Assembly: GCA_965207045.1 (NCBI GenBank)
Contig: OZ242261.1
Coordinates: 1,268,109 to 1,332,108, forward strand
Length of the DNA stretch: 64,000 nt
Source: Anaplasmataceae bacterium
GTDB lineage: Bacteria > Pseudomonadota > Alphaproteobacteria > Rickettsiales > Anaplasmataceae
Direction: 5' to 3'
In this document: piece by piece, positions 9,775 to 20,142 of the stretch
Numbering within the stretch: the stretch's first letter is position 1
Layout of the letters: each line of letters starts with the position of its first letter
Notes under the pieces: generated by a model
The model's database searches: none
The model's input: the letters and a program-made list of their open reading frames with translations, nothing else
What the model was told of the DNA's origin: nothing
Translations under genes and position numbers: made by a program

Positions 9775-10371
9775 TTATTTTACATAATTAATTATGGTAT
9801 TACGTAATTTTACTAAACCTATATTATCCTTGACGCTAGTTGTGATTATTTCTGTATTGATGAATTTTAGTTCAATATTTTTTATCTCATCAATAACTTT
9901 ATCTGCTTCATTTTTTTTAACCTTATCAGTTTTTGTTATAACAATAGTGTAGCTTATTGAATATGATTCAAGCCACTCTATAACTTCTATATCATTTTTT
10001 TGTATTGATCTTCTTGCATCAATTAATAGAAACAATTGTTTTAGATTTTTTCGTGATAATATATAAAACGCTATTAATTCTGACCAATTATGGACTTTAC
10101 TTCTTGCTACTTTTGAATAGCCATAGCCTGGTAGATCAACTAAAGTTATAAAATTTTTTATAGTAAAGAAATTAATCTGTTGCGTCCTACCAGGAGTTTT
10201 TGATATCTTTGCTAGATTTTTCCTGTAAGTTAGGGCATTCAATAAACTTGACTTACCAACATTGGAACGTCCAGCGAATGATACTTCGTTAACATATAAA
10301 TCTTTTGGAATTTGGTGTTTTGAAGTTATCCCAAGAACGAATTTGCATTGTTTGAATTTTGCATTGATCAT
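9775..10371 (-). CDS. engB: ribosome biogenesis GTP-binding protein YihA/EngB
   Basis: G1 GRSNVGKSSLLNAL, G3 DLPGYGYS, G4 TKTDK, in EngB order and size (198 aa). Confidence 0.9.
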   Translation of the reverse strand: MINAKFKQCKFVLGITSKHQIPKDLYVNEVSFAGRSNVGKSSLLNALTYRKNLAKISKTPGRTQQINFFTIKNFITLVDLPGYGYSKVARSKVHNWSELIAFYILSRKNLKQLFLLIDARRSIQKNDIEVIEWLESYSISYTIVITKTDKVKKNEADKVIDEIKNIELKFINTEIITTSVKDNIGLVKLRNTIINYVK

Positions 10372-10443
10372 TAATTTACTTTCTGTTATTTTTTAACCAT
10401 TCTATAATATAATAATAGATCATGAACAGCTTTTATTTAATTC

Positions 10444-11682
10444 ATGTTACGGGATCAGGATAAGATTTTAAAAAATATTGAAGATATTGCTTCAGTAGAT
10501 TTGCACTCATCTATGAAAAGGGGTGATTGGCAAGATACGAAACATTTAATTGCAAAAGGTCCTGAGTGGATCATTGAAGAAATAAAAAATTCGGGTTTGC
10601 GTGGGCGTGGTGGTGCTGGGTTTCCAACTGGCGTGAAATGGAGTTTTATGCCGAAAAAACGTTCTAAAGAGCAGCCAGCCTATTTAATTGTAAATGCTGA
10701 TGAATCAGAACCTGGTACCTGTAAAGATCGAGATATTATAAGATATGAGCCTCATAAAATTATAGAAGGTGCAGTTATTGCAGGACATGCAATAAGGGCT
10801 ACAACAGCGTATATATATATACGTGGTGAATTTGATCATGAAGCAAACATCTTGGAGTCTGCAATTGAGGAAGCTTATGAAGCTGAATTTTTGGGTGATG
10901 GTTTTGATATTTATCTGCATAGAGGTGCGGGGGCTTATATTTGTGGAGAGGAAACTGCTCAACTTCAATCTATTGAAGGTAAGAAGGGTATGCCACGCTT
11001 AAAACCACCTTTCCCTGCTATGGTGGGCCTGTATGGTTGCCCCACAACAATCAATAATGTTGAGACAATTGCTGTAGTGCCAACTATTTTGCGCAGGGGT
11101 GCAGAGTGGTTTAAAAATTTAGGGAAGCCTAACAACACTGGTACGAAGGTATTTTGTATATCTGGTCATGTAAATAGGCCTTGTAATGTTGAAGAAGAGC
11201 TTGGTATCCCTTTGAAAGAGCTAATAGAAAAATATGCTGATGGAGTTATAGGTGGATGGGATTATTTGCTTGCTGTAATTCCAGGTGGTTCTTCTGTACC
11301 GCTTATACCAAAGGAAATTTGTGATACTGTTGAAATGGATTTTGACTCATTAAGAGCAGTTCAGTCTGGGCTTGGTACTGCAGCAGTCATAGTTATGAAT
11401 AAGTCAACTGATATAATTGCTGCAATTGAGCGTCTATCTCATTTTTATATGCATGAGTCATGTGGACAGTGTACTCCGTGTCGTGAAGGTACTGGTTGGA
11501 TGTGGCGCATGATGAAAAAGTTAGTCAAGGGTGAGGCTAAGAAAACGGATATAGATAAACTTTATGATATAAGTAAACAAGTTGAAGGTCATACAATTTG
11601 TGCTTTAGGTGATGCAGCTGCTTGGCCTATTCAAGGTTTGATTAGGCACTTTAGAAGTACAATTGAATCTAGAATTTCTTAA
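10444..11682 (+). CDS. nuoF: NADH-quinone oxidoreductase subunit F
   Basis: [16 protein letters not shown] (FMN/NADH site), ICGEETA, and [12 protein letters not shown] (4Fe-4S N3 cluster). 412 aa. No other nuo gene adjacent. Confidence 0.95.
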   Translation: MLRDQDKILKNIEDIASVDLHSSMKRGDWQDTKHLIAKGPEWIIEEIKNSGLRGRGGAGFPTGVKWSFMPKKRSKEQPAYLIVNADESEPGTCKDRDIIRYEPHKIIEGAVIAGHAIRATTAYIYIRGEFDHEANILESAIEEAYEAEFLGDGFDIYLHRGAGAYICGEETAQLQSIEGKKGMPRLKPPFPAMVGLYGCPTTINNVETIAVVPTILRRGAEWFKNLGKPNNTGTKVFCISGHVNRPCNVEEELGIPLKELIEKYADGVIGGWDYLLAVIPGGSSVPLIPKEICDTVEMDFDSLRAVQSGLGTAAVIVMNKSTDIIAAIERLSHFYMHESCGQCTPCREGTGWMWRMMKKLVKGEAKKTDIDKLYDISKQVEGHTICALGDAAAWPIQGLIRHFRSTIESRIS

Positions 11683-11898
11683 GAAAGATAATATTGTTAA
11701 CTTAAATTTAATAATTACTATAGTTGTGTATCTGGTTGCAATCTATACAAAATGATTTTTTTATAAAGCTGACTTGTAGACTTTTTTTGTATTTAGAAAT
11801 AATTTTTTTTATAAAAAACTGATAAAAAAAGAAAATCTCTTATTGCATGAATTGGTAGATAGTATTAATGTATAGTAACTAGACTATAGGTAGAAGTT

Positions 11899-12474
11899 AT
11901 GCCTGATAATAGTTCTGATATATTCGACATCCGTGACTGGAATAATAATTCTGATACAAGGTTGGTTTATATTTTTATATTGTCTGTCCTTACGTGTGTT
12001 TCTATCTTCATCTGTATTATTAAGAAAGATAGAAATAACGATAAAAAGATAGGAGAGAAGTGTCAGCAAGATTCTAAGTTAAAATGCAAAAATGAAGATG
12101 TTCTTCTAGGTAATACTGAGGGTGAAGCTAAGGAGCTTGTGAACGCGAAGCGGAATAAGTCTGATAAAGAAGAGAAAGTGTCTAAGGCTAATATACAACA
12201 TGGTGAGAAGCAAGATAATATGGAGGAAGAAGTGGTAAGTTTGTCATATATTCGTGATTCTAATTCTGATTCGGAAGATGAAAATAAAGTTGTGACACCC
12301 TTATTACATTATGTTTCTGCAGGTGTTAATAGTGATGGTGATGCACAGTTAGAATCAATCCCTCTTGTTGATAAGAGTGTAGGTATCGATGATGATTCTC
12401 AAAAAAAAAACGTGGGCATTAAGTTGAGTAGTTGTTCGCTTGTGCACTCGGATACTCAAATTACTCGTCTTTAG
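11899..12474 (+). CDS. hypothetical single-pass membrane protein with acidic/Ser-rich tail (191 aa)
   Basis: One TM segment (LVYIFILSVLTCVSIFICII) followed by a K/E/D/S-rich tail (SNSDSEDENK). Orphan. Confidence 0.5.
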   Translation: MPDNSSDIFDIRDWNNNSDTRLVYIFILSVLTCVSIFICIIKKDRNNDKKIGEKCQQDSKLKCKNEDVLLGNTEGEAKELVNAKRNKSDKEEKVSKANIQHGEKQDNMEEEVVSLSYIRDSNSDSEDENKVVTPLLHYVSAGVNSDGDAQLESIPLVDKSVGIDDDSQKKNVGIKLSSCSLVHSDTQITRL

Positions 12475-12784
12475 GAAGTTAATAAAATAGTTGATATTTT
12501 TTGTTTGCGTTATCATATAACTAGTTTTTCTTTGTTCTTGTTTGTTGTGTTACCTTATTGTGAAAGTTGATACATCAAATTGTACTGATGTAGATAGAGT
12601 GTTCTACTATTTTGAATGATTAAGTAAAACAAAATAATTACAAATTTATGTTTAAGAGAACAAGTTAAGCGTTAAGGTGAGTAAGAACATAATACTGTTA
12701 TTTGATGGAAAGCCTATTAAGGCTGCGAATAAGTTGGTACTATAATAAGCATGATGAAATTTTGCCATTGTTTATTTTGTATAA

Positions 12785-13240
12785 ATGGTTGTTATTTACT
12801 ATAGTATAATTTATATGACAGAGAATAATATAAAATATTATATGTTAAGATATAGAGAACCGCAAGAAAGTCTTCCGAACGAATATTTTGGGCCTGAAGC
12901 TTGTGCGTGTGCAAGACAATGTGATGTTTGTTATGAAAAAGGTAGGTCAGAAGGTATTATATTGTCTTCTTTAATAGCAATAGCAATTGCAATGGTTATC
13001 TTCTCTTTTTTTTGTGTGTTTTTGGTTTTAAAAATGGGAAGAAGTGTTGTTAGTGGCAGAGTTAACAACAATAGTGCTATTAATATGGCAAATAGAGATT
13101 CTCAAAATGGGAGCGTTGATGATGGTCATCAGTTAGAAGCTCTTCTAGATGTTAGCTCGCCACAGTCGCAGGTTATTAGTGATAGCATTAATACACTTGC
13201 TAGTAGTAATAGTAGAGCTGATGTTGAAAGTGTTCTCTAA
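12785..13240 (+). CDS. hypothetical single-pass membrane protein (151 aa)
   Basis: One TM segment (IILSSLIAIAIAMVIFSFFCVFLVL) followed by a Ser/Asn-rich tail. Orphan. The true start may be an internal ATG. Confidence 0.45.
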   Translation: MVVIYYSIIYMTENNIKYYMLRYREPQESLPNEYFGPEACACARQCDVCYEKGRSEGIILSSLIAIAIAMVIFSFFCVFLVLKMGRSVVSGRVNNNSAINMANRDSQNGSVDDGHQLEALLDVSSPQSQVISDSINTLASSNSRADVESVL

Positions 13241-13277
13241 ATATCTTTTGACTTTTTGTGATAAGCAAAAAGGTTAA

Positions 13278-14471
13278 TTAGCCATAAGAATAATTAATTT
13301 CTTGTTTCAGAATTGATTCTAAGACATGCCCGAAGTGGTTAATACATTCTTTAGTAATTATCAAGGGTGGTGTCAACCTAATAGTATTTTTGTGCGAGGT
13401 CTTTCCTATAATTAAGCCTTTATCCAGGCATAATTTAATTAAATTTTGTACTTGCATGTTATTATTAAACTCTATCCCCATGAGTAAGCCTTTTCCCCTA
13501 GTTTCTTTGATTATGTTAGGGAATTGCTTTTTTAGAGACGATAATAATTGACGTAAATTTTCTGCTGTGCTGTTCACTTCATCAAGAAATTGTGGCTGAG
13601 TTTGTACATCTAATACAGCATTTCCTACAGCCATAGCTAAAGGATTCCCGCCATAAGTAGAACCATGCATTCCGGGTTTCATTATTTCTGCTACTTTTTC
13701 CTTGATTAAGCAGGCGGCTAAGGGAAAACCATTACCAATAGCTTTTCCGCATGTTACTATATCTGGTTTTAATCCTATCTTTTGATGATAAAATAGAGAG
13801 CCTATTCTGCCATAACCAGTTTGTACCTCATCAATTGCAAATATTAGATTATTTTCATTAGAAATTTTTTGAGCTGCATGCAAATAATTAATGTCTAACT
13901 GATAAATACCACCTTCAGATTGTATTAGTTCTAAAAAAATTCCTGCTGTTGTATCATCTATTGCACTTTCTAATTCTGCTAAATCATTACGCACAACTCT
14001 TGTAAAGCCTGGTAATAGTGGTGCATATCCTTCTCTTGCATAATCATTTCCTCCTGCTGATATTGCAGAAATACTTCTTCCGTGAAAGCCATCTTTAAGT
14101 GTGATGATTTTATTTGCTTTTGTATTGTTGTGAGTATATTGATAGCGTCTTATGAGCTTGATGGCGGTTTCTGTTGCTTCTAATCCACTTGAGCAAAAAA
14201 ATATTTTATCTATATTGGTGAGCTTGCTGAGTCTTGATGCTAACCTTTCTTGTTCAGGAATGGTGAAAAGGTTAGAGCAGTGCCATAATTCTTTGCTTTG
14301 TTTTTTGATTGCTTTAACAATATATGGATGACAATGTCCTAATGAAACTGTTGCAATGCCTGACATAAAGTCTAAGTATTCCTTTCCTTTCTCATCGTAC
14401 AAATAAACTCCCTTTCCTCGGATTATTCTTATTAGAGACCTATTATAGACATTCAGTAAATGTTGCTTCAT
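13278..14471 (-). CDS. argD: class-III PLP aminotransferase, acetylornithine/succinyl-diaminopimelate aminotransferase-like
   Basis: 397 aa. GIATVSLGHCHP, DEVQTGYGRIG and the downstream CGKAIGNGFP lysine block are typical of ArgD-type class-III transaminases. The start overlaps the valS stop by 4 nt (ATGA). Confidence 0.85.
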   Translation of the reverse strand: MKQHLLNVYNRSLIRIIRGKGVYLYDEKGKEYLDFMSGIATVSLGHCHPYIVKAIKKQSKELWHCSNLFTIPEQERLASRLSKLTNIDKIFFCSSGLEATETAIKLIRRYQYTHNNTKANKIITLKDGFHGRSISAISAGGNDYAREGYAPLLPGFTRVVRNDLAELESAIDDTTAGIFLELIQSEGGIYQLDINYLHAAQKISNENNLIFAIDEVQTGYGRIGSLFYHQKIGLKPDIVTCGKAIGNGFPLAACLIKEKVAEIMKPGMHGSTYGGNPLAMAVGNAVLDVQTQPQFLDEVNSTAENLRQLLSSLKKQFPNIIKETRGKGLLMGIEFNNNMQVQNLIKLCLDKGLIIGKTSHKNTIRLTPPLIITKECINHFGHVLESILKQEINYSYG

Positions 14472-16870
14472 GCTAAATCGATCTCTAAGACTTTTACTGA
14501 TTTACCTAGTTGCCAACTTATTTTTTCTGTGTTACAGGTTTGTTTTAGATCAAACTCAGCTTTTATTATGTCTTCGTCTTCTATTTGTACTAACATGCTT
14601 TTTAGGGGAGATTTAACTGAGACTGCTTGTTTTGATTTAAATTCACGTACTTCTTCTAAAATTTTAATGAATGATACACCAATATTTGTTGTCTCTTTCG
14701 GTATTTTAAGGTAATTAGGCCAGTTATTTATGCAGTGTACCGAAAATGTGCTGTATAAGTTATTGTACAACTTTTCTGTCAAAAATGGAATAAATGGTGC
14801 AAACAAACGTAATATGATATTAAAGGTATAGCATAAACAATGTATCGAGCTTTCATGACCGTTTGCATCACTTTGGTAAGCTCTGGCCTTGACTAGCTCT
14901 AGGTAGTTATCACAAAAATCTTTCCAAAAAAAAGTTTCGATTACTTCTTTGGCTTGGCAATATTCAAAATTATTTAATTCTTGTGTTGCTGTTTTTACAG
15001 CATCATGTAAACTGCCTAATATCCAAAGATCTGTTGGATAGTTCACAAATTCAACTAAATAGTCATGAGTGATAAAATTTGAAATGAATTTACCAGCATT
15101 CCATATTTTTGTTATTAAACGCTTTCCCATTTTTATCACATTTTCAGAGTAAACAGTATCACTTCCTAAATGGGAATTTGATGTCCAATATCTTATAACA
15201 TCAGCACCATACTTGTCCAACAACGTGAGTGGTTCTATTATATTACCTTTGGATTTGCTCATCTTGCTTTTATCTTCAGCAAGGCACCAGCCGCTAATCA
15301 TTAGGTTATGCCAAGGTTTATTTTTATTATGTAGATGAGATTTAACTATTGTGTAAAATGCCCAAGTCCGTATAATTTCATGTGCTTGAGGTCTTAGATG
15401 GGATGGAAATATTTCTCGAGCTGAGTCTAATTTATAGTTTTCGTTTATGTAATGAGAATTTAGTTGCGGCGATAGAGAGCTTGTAGCCCATGTATCCATT
15501 ACATCATTTTCTGTAGTTACTTCATTGCGACTATAACCAACGGGTAGGTCTTTAAGTGGATTGATTGGTAATTGAGTTTTATTTGGGAGTATTATTTTTC
15601 CTTTTTCACCTATGCGATTTGAGTACCAAAGTGGAAGTGGAACACCAAAATAACGTTGTCTTGAGATACACCAATCCCACTTCAAGTTTTCAATCCATTT
15701 TTCTATAATCACGCGTTTGCTAGGAGGGTGCCAATTGCACTCCTTAACAATTTCAAGCAATTTTTCTTTATGTTCTATGACTTTGATAAACCATTGTTTT
15801 GTTGGTAAGATCTCAAGCGGTGAACCAGATCTTTCTGCACATTTAACTTTATGAATTATCTCCTCTCTATGTACAATCTGTTCAAATATTAATTCAATCA
15901 TCTTAGCTCTAGCATCTTTAATTTTCAATCCTTCCAACGCAGATATAGCTGTAGTGTTTTTTACAAATTTATTTAAGTTGCATATTCTGCCATATTTATT
16001 AATGATGATTTTCATTGGTAATGAATGCTTTTTCCACCAATGTAAATCCATGTCATCTCCAAATGTACAACACATAACTGCACCACTTCCTTTTTCTATT
16101 TTAACATTTTCATCAGAAATTATTGGTACTTCTACTTCAAATAATGGAGTAATAGCTTTACTGCCAATATATGTTGAATAACGTTCATCTTGAGGGTGGA
16201 CAAAGATAGCAACACAAGCGGGTAATAATTCTGGACGAGTTGTTGCTATGGTAATATCTCTGCCATTATTTGTGCTGAATTTTAGATAATTCATGTATGA
16301 TGTAAATTCTATTTCTTCTATTTCAGCTTGTGCTATTGCAGTTTGATCAGCAATATCCCAAAGCATTGGCTGTTCTTGTTGATATAACTGATCTTTGTTG
16401 TAGAGATCTAGAAAGGACATTTGCGATAATGCACGTGAATTCCTGCTGATTGTATTATATTCTTGCCTCCAATCGATGCTAAGACCAATCCTTTTAAACA
16501 ATTCTCTGAATTCTTTTCTATGTTCTTCTGAAACCTTGTGGCATAATTTTACAAATTCTTCGCGATTTGTTTTATAAGCTTTTAATTTATACTTTTTTTC
16601 AACTAATCTTTCGGTGGGTAAACCATTATCATCAAATCCCATAGGATAAAAAACATCTTTACCTATCATTCGCTGATATCTAGCAATGAAGTCAATATGA
16701 CAATAGCTAAAGATGTGACCAATATGAAGAGAGCCTGAAATAGTGGGAGGAGGGGTATCTATCACGAAATCATTTTTACCCTTCCAGTGATATATATTTG
16801 ACAAATTCCACTGCTCTTGAATCTTTTTTTCTATCAATTTGCTGTTATATTTTTCGTCTAGCTGAATCAC
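14468..16870 (-). CDS. valS: valine--tRNA ligase (short, about 800 aa form)
   Basis: PPPTISGSLHIGH (HIGH motif), KMSKSKGN (KMSKS motif), and a class Ia editing-domain region. The 800-aa length matches the short ValRS type known from Rickettsiales. Confidence 0.9.
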   Translation of the reverse strand: MIQLDEKYNSKLIEKKIQEQWNLSNIYHWKGKNDFVIDTPPPTISGSLHIGHIFSYCHIDFIARYQRMIGKDVFYPMGFDDNGLPTERLVEKKYKLKAYKTNREEFVKLCHKVSEEHRKEFRELFKRIGLSIDWRQEYNTISRNSRALSQMSFLDLYNKDQLYQQEQPMLWDIADQTAIAQAEIEEIEFTSYMNYLKFSTNNGRDITIATTRPELLPACVAIFVHPQDERYSTYIGSKAITPLFEVEVPIISDENVKIEKGSGAVMCCTFGDDMDLHWWKKHSLPMKIIINKYGRICNLNKFVKNTTAISALEGLKIKDARAKMIELIFEQIVHREEIIHKVKCAERSGSPLEILPTKQWFIKVIEHKEKLLEIVKECNWHPPSKRVIIEKWIENLKWDWCISRQRYFGVPLPLWYSNRIGEKGKIILPNKTQLPINPLKDLPVGYSRNEVTTENDVMDTWATSSLSPQLNSHYINENYKLDSAREIFPSHLRPQAHEIIRTWAFYTIVKSHLHNKNKPWHNLMISGWCLAEDKSKMSKSKGNIIEPLTLLDKYGADVIRYWTSNSHLGSDTVYSENVIKMGKRLITKIWNAGKFISNFITHDYLVEFVNYPTDLWILGSLHDAVKTATQELNNFEYCQAKEVIETFFWKDFCDNYLELVKARAYQSDANGHESSIHCLCYTFNIILRLFAPFIPFLTEKLYNNLYSTFSVHCINNWPNYLKIPKETTNIGVSFIKILEEVREFKSKQAVSVKSPLKSMLVQIEDEDIIKAEFDLKQTCNTEKISWQLGKSVKVLEIDLA

Positions 16871-17004
16871 TCCAAAACTCTAACCATATTATGCTGTTAT
16901 TTTATATTAGCTAAGTAAGCTTTGTCTATGATTGTTACGGTTTTTTTGGTTGCAATTATTTGTACATTTTGTAACGTTGTTTCATTCTTATTTGGGGAAG
17001 AATT

Positions 17005-17658
17005 ATGCAAGTAATGGCTAAAGAAGTTACGACAAGGTTACATACTCGCTGCTCTAATGTTTCGGAGAAAGATGTTTATGTTGATTTGTGCATGGAAGCG
17101 ATAAAAGGCGGAAACGGTGATAAATTAAGAACACTTTTTGATTTGTGCATGGAAGTGATAAAAGGCCGAAAAGGTGATAAATTAAGAACACTTTTTGAGT
17201 TAATGGCTCCGTTGAAAGAAAATGCGTCAGACATACGTTCTGGTGTAGTAAGTGCGATTGCACAACATATTTGTATCAATGAATGTCAAGAGAATCTGCA
17301 ATTTTTGAAAAAAACTTTAGAGGGCAATGATTATATAGATATTGAGGAAACGGTACGATATGTTGATTTGTACATGGAAGCGATAAAAGGCCGAAACGGT
17401 GATAAATTAAGAACACTTTTTGAGTTAATGGCTCCGTTGGAAGAAAATGCGTCAGACATACGTTCTGGTGTAGTAAGTGCGATTGCACAACATATTTGTA
17501 TCAATGAATGTCAAGAAAATCTGCAATTTTTGAAAGAAAGTGTGGAAGACAAGTATTATCGAGAAATTGAAAAAGCAGTACAAAAGGAACCTTCAAGCGA
17601 TGTTTCTGATGTTGCTAGTGCTAGATCCTTGGGGCCAATAGAAGGAAAAGCTTTGTAA
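17005..17658 (+). CDS. orphan tandem-repeat protein (217 aa)
   Basis: A module of about 80 aa (VDLxMEAIKGxNGDKLRTLFELMAPLxENASDIRSGVVSAIAQHICINECQENLQFLK) occurs twice nearly identically. The first copy has an extra 19-aa sub-duplication. Confidence 0.65.
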   Translation: MQVMAKEVTTRLHTRCSNVSEKDVYVDLCMEAIKGGNGDKLRTLFDLCMEVIKGRKGDKLRTLFELMAPLKENASDIRSGVVSAIAQHICINECQENLQFLKKTLEGNDYIDIEETVRYVDLYMEAIKGRNGDKLRTLFELMAPLEENASDIRSGVVSAIAQHICINECQENLQFLKESVEDKYYREIEKAVQKEPSSDVSDVASARSLGPIEGKAL

Positions 17659-17898
17659 GGCTGTTTTTTGTTCATGGCTAGGAAAAATCTTCTATGGATT
17701 TTCTATATAGACCCCATATTCTAATAGATTGTACTATTCTTGAATTTTCTTTTTTGCTTGATGGTTATCGTGTTTTTCAGCATACAGGAAGTTAGTTTAC
17801 GTTTTGTAGGTGCTTTGTATTGTTAGTAAAGATTTTTCAATTTAGTTGTGTAGTAGATTAATTTTAATATTTGAAATATTAAACTTGGATTCGGTATA

Positions 17899-19074
17899 TT
17901 GTGTGCTACAGTGAAATGTGATAAGGAGTTAGCAAGAGGTGTCATTATGAATGGCTCAGATATAGTAAGTAGCTCAAACATGGATTTACTTGAAAGTCGT
18001 AGGCCTGGTGATCAAGATGAGTCAGTTTTTGATTTTTGGGCGCTTTTACCTATGGTGTCTATAATAGTATTTGTTTTTACTTGGGCCCTAATTCAGCATG
18101 GAAGATTTTTTTATCAAAATCGTTGTGACGATTCAGTAAGGAGAAAGTATCGAAATTATGCAACAAATATGTTTAATGCAATTGAGAATGAAGATACAGG
18201 CAAATTCATTATTTCACTGAATGCGCTTATAGTTGATATTATGAAATATAAATCTTTTAAAGCATTAAATAATAATGATGCAATTAAGATGGGAATTTTG
18301 GATGCAATCGAGGATTTTGATGATTGTAATAATAGTATGTTGCAGAGTTCTGAAGAGTGGTGCAAGAATTATTTTTTGGATAATGTTCTTAATGATGCTT
18401 TGTTTATGTTGATAGCACTTTGTATATATAAAAGTGCAAAACCAGAGGAGTTATGCAGAATTATACGTGATCAGGTTAAAAAAGGCTATGCTGAAGGATG
18501 TATGGATTTTTTGACATATGAGGGGACAGCTAAGTTTATTACTAAAAGAACTTCAAGTGATCCTGTAAATGCTTATCTCGATTACAAAAAGGAGGATTTT
18601 GCTGAGAGGATTGTAGGAAAACAAGATAAGGTAGTTTTTGCAGAAATGTTTCTGCCTATTTTGTTGCACTGTAATAAGGGTTATTATGTGGAAAGCTGTT
18701 TTGACTCCTTGGAGCAAAATGCTTTATTTTTCTTTTTTTTGTTTGATTCTTCTGGTCAGGATCGGCTATCATCGTATTATCAGTATATGTTGGATATTGT
18801 TAGTTGTTGTTGTAAAAGAAAATCGTACCCCTCGGAGAAGGAGCTATCAGTAGAATTTTTTAATAATAAGACGAGACCGAATATTCGTGGTGATGATCAG
18901 ATATTTGCTACATGTATCGACTATTTTGGAAGTTTTTATGTTGGTAGTGATGAAATTATCTCTAATAGTGAGTTACGGGAAGAATTTTTTGGTAAAATAA
19001 AAGTTTGTCCTTCCAGTAAATTAATGGAGACATTTATTGATCATTTGTCTAATGACTTATCAATGAAATCTTAA
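17899..19074 (+). CDS. hypothetical protein with one N-terminal TM segment (391 aa; ATG at 17947 is the likely start)
   Basis: Long ORF in a bacterial-type codon context. TM segment FWALLPMVSIIVFVFTWALIQ. No family recognised. Confidence 0.55.
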   Translation: MCATVKCDKELARGVIMNGSDIVSSSNMDLLESRRPGDQDESVFDFWALLPMVSIIVFVFTWALIQHGRFFYQNRCDDSVRRKYRNYATNMFNAIENEDTGKFIISLNALIVDIMKYKSFKALNNNDAIKMGILDAIEDFDDCNNSMLQSSEEWCKNYFLDNVLNDALFMLIALCIYKSAKPEELCRIIRDQVKKGYAEGCMDFLTYEGTAKFITKRTSSDPVNAYLDYKKEDFAERIVGKQDKVVFAEMFLPILLHCNKGYYVESCFDSLEQNALFFFFLFDSSGQDRLSSYYQYMLDIVSCCCKRKSYPSEKELSVEFFNNKTRPNIRGDDQIFATCIDYFGSFYVGSDEIISNSELREEFFGKIKVCPSSKLMETFIDHLSNDLSMKS

Positions 19075-19424
19075 AAAGTAGAAAAGCTATAAACATAAAT
19101 ATAGGTAGGAAGGGAAGAAGGGCAGAGGAAAATCTTCTTCTAAGAGGAGAAAAGTTCTTAAGATTGTGTATATGTCGGAGAAGGTTCAGTTATATTTTTT
19201 TGCTAAGAGGTATTATATAGAAGAAGTCTAGATAGAAAGGTTTAGCCGCTAAGTATTGTTCTTGTATGGAAAGTATTCAGGGTTTTGTTTCTTATCTAGA
19301 TTTGTAATAGTGTAAAAGTAAAATTGCTATTTTTTGTGAATTAATTGCTTTTGTTGTATGCAAGATCAATAGATAATGTTCACTGATGGCATGACAGGAG
19401 AAGGCTGAAAAAGAAAAGTAATTG

Positions 19425-20099
19425 TTATTTGTAATCTCTTCTTGACTGTAGCGCTATGCTTAAAGTTCCTTCATCTAAATAATCCATTTCTCCTCCCATA
19501 GGAATTCCATTTGCTAAAGAGGAAATTTTTGCATTTGAAAAAATCTTGACTATATTAGCTACATAATTAGCAGTTGTTTGTCCTTCAACTGTTGTACTAG
19601 TTGCTAAAATTACTTCTTCTATTTCACTATTTTTTAGTCTTTCTTTTAAAGACTGGATGTTTAACTTATCTGGTCCTACTCCATCTATTGCTGATAAATT
19701 ACCTCCTAAAACGTGATAAAGACCATTATATATCTTGCCACGCTCTAATGCCCATAAATCTATTACTTCTTCTACTATACATATAAGGGAACTATCCCGT
19801 CTACTGTCTCTACATATACTGCATGTCAAATTTTTATCAAGATTGCCACATATCGAGCAATTTTTTACTATATTCTCCAATAAAGATAAGGAGTTTTTTA
19901 TTGGAACCATAGATTTTTGTCTATTTTGTAACAAATATAAGACTAACCTTCTGGCGGATTTTGGCCCTAGACCTGGGAGCTTAGCCATTAATCCTATTAA
20001 ATGCTGTATATCCTTGTCCATTGCTATTTTAAACTGTTTTACCACTATTAAACTATTTTTACAGTTGTTGGAACTCTTTCTTGACTGCATGTGTTTCAA
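19425..20099 (-). CDS. recR: recombination protein RecR (likely start at the internal ATG, about 20021)
   Basis: HhH motif LPGLGPKSARRL, C4 zinc finger CSICGNLDKNLTCSIC, Toprim block CIVEEVIDLWALE, and the C-terminal GIPMGGEMDYLD motif. Confidence 0.9.
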   Translation of the reverse strand: MKHMQSRKSSNNCKNSLIVVKQFKIAMDKDIQHLIGLMAKLPGLGPKSARRLVLYLLQNRQKSMVPIKNSLSLLENIVKNCSICGNLDKNLTCSICRDSRRDSSLICIVEEVIDLWALERGKIYNGLYHVLGGNLSAIDGVGPDKLNIQSLKERLKNSEIEEVILATSTTVEGQTTANYVANIVKIFSNAKISSLANGIPMGGEMDYLDEGTLSIALQSRRDYK

Positions 20100-20142
20100 T
20101 TTCTTATAATCAAGTCTTAAATTTGTGTATTAAGAATATAAA

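Noticed and set aside
14468-14471. The 4-nt ATGA overlap between valS and argD, the 10-nt overlap between the MFS gene and bolA, and the direct abutment of engB with the large repeat ORF. These were considered as unusual translational coupling.
   Set aside because: Short overlaps are ordinary in compact bacterial genomes. The engB abutment depends on a doubtful TTG start, since the likely ATG is at 9714. It is noted in the features only.
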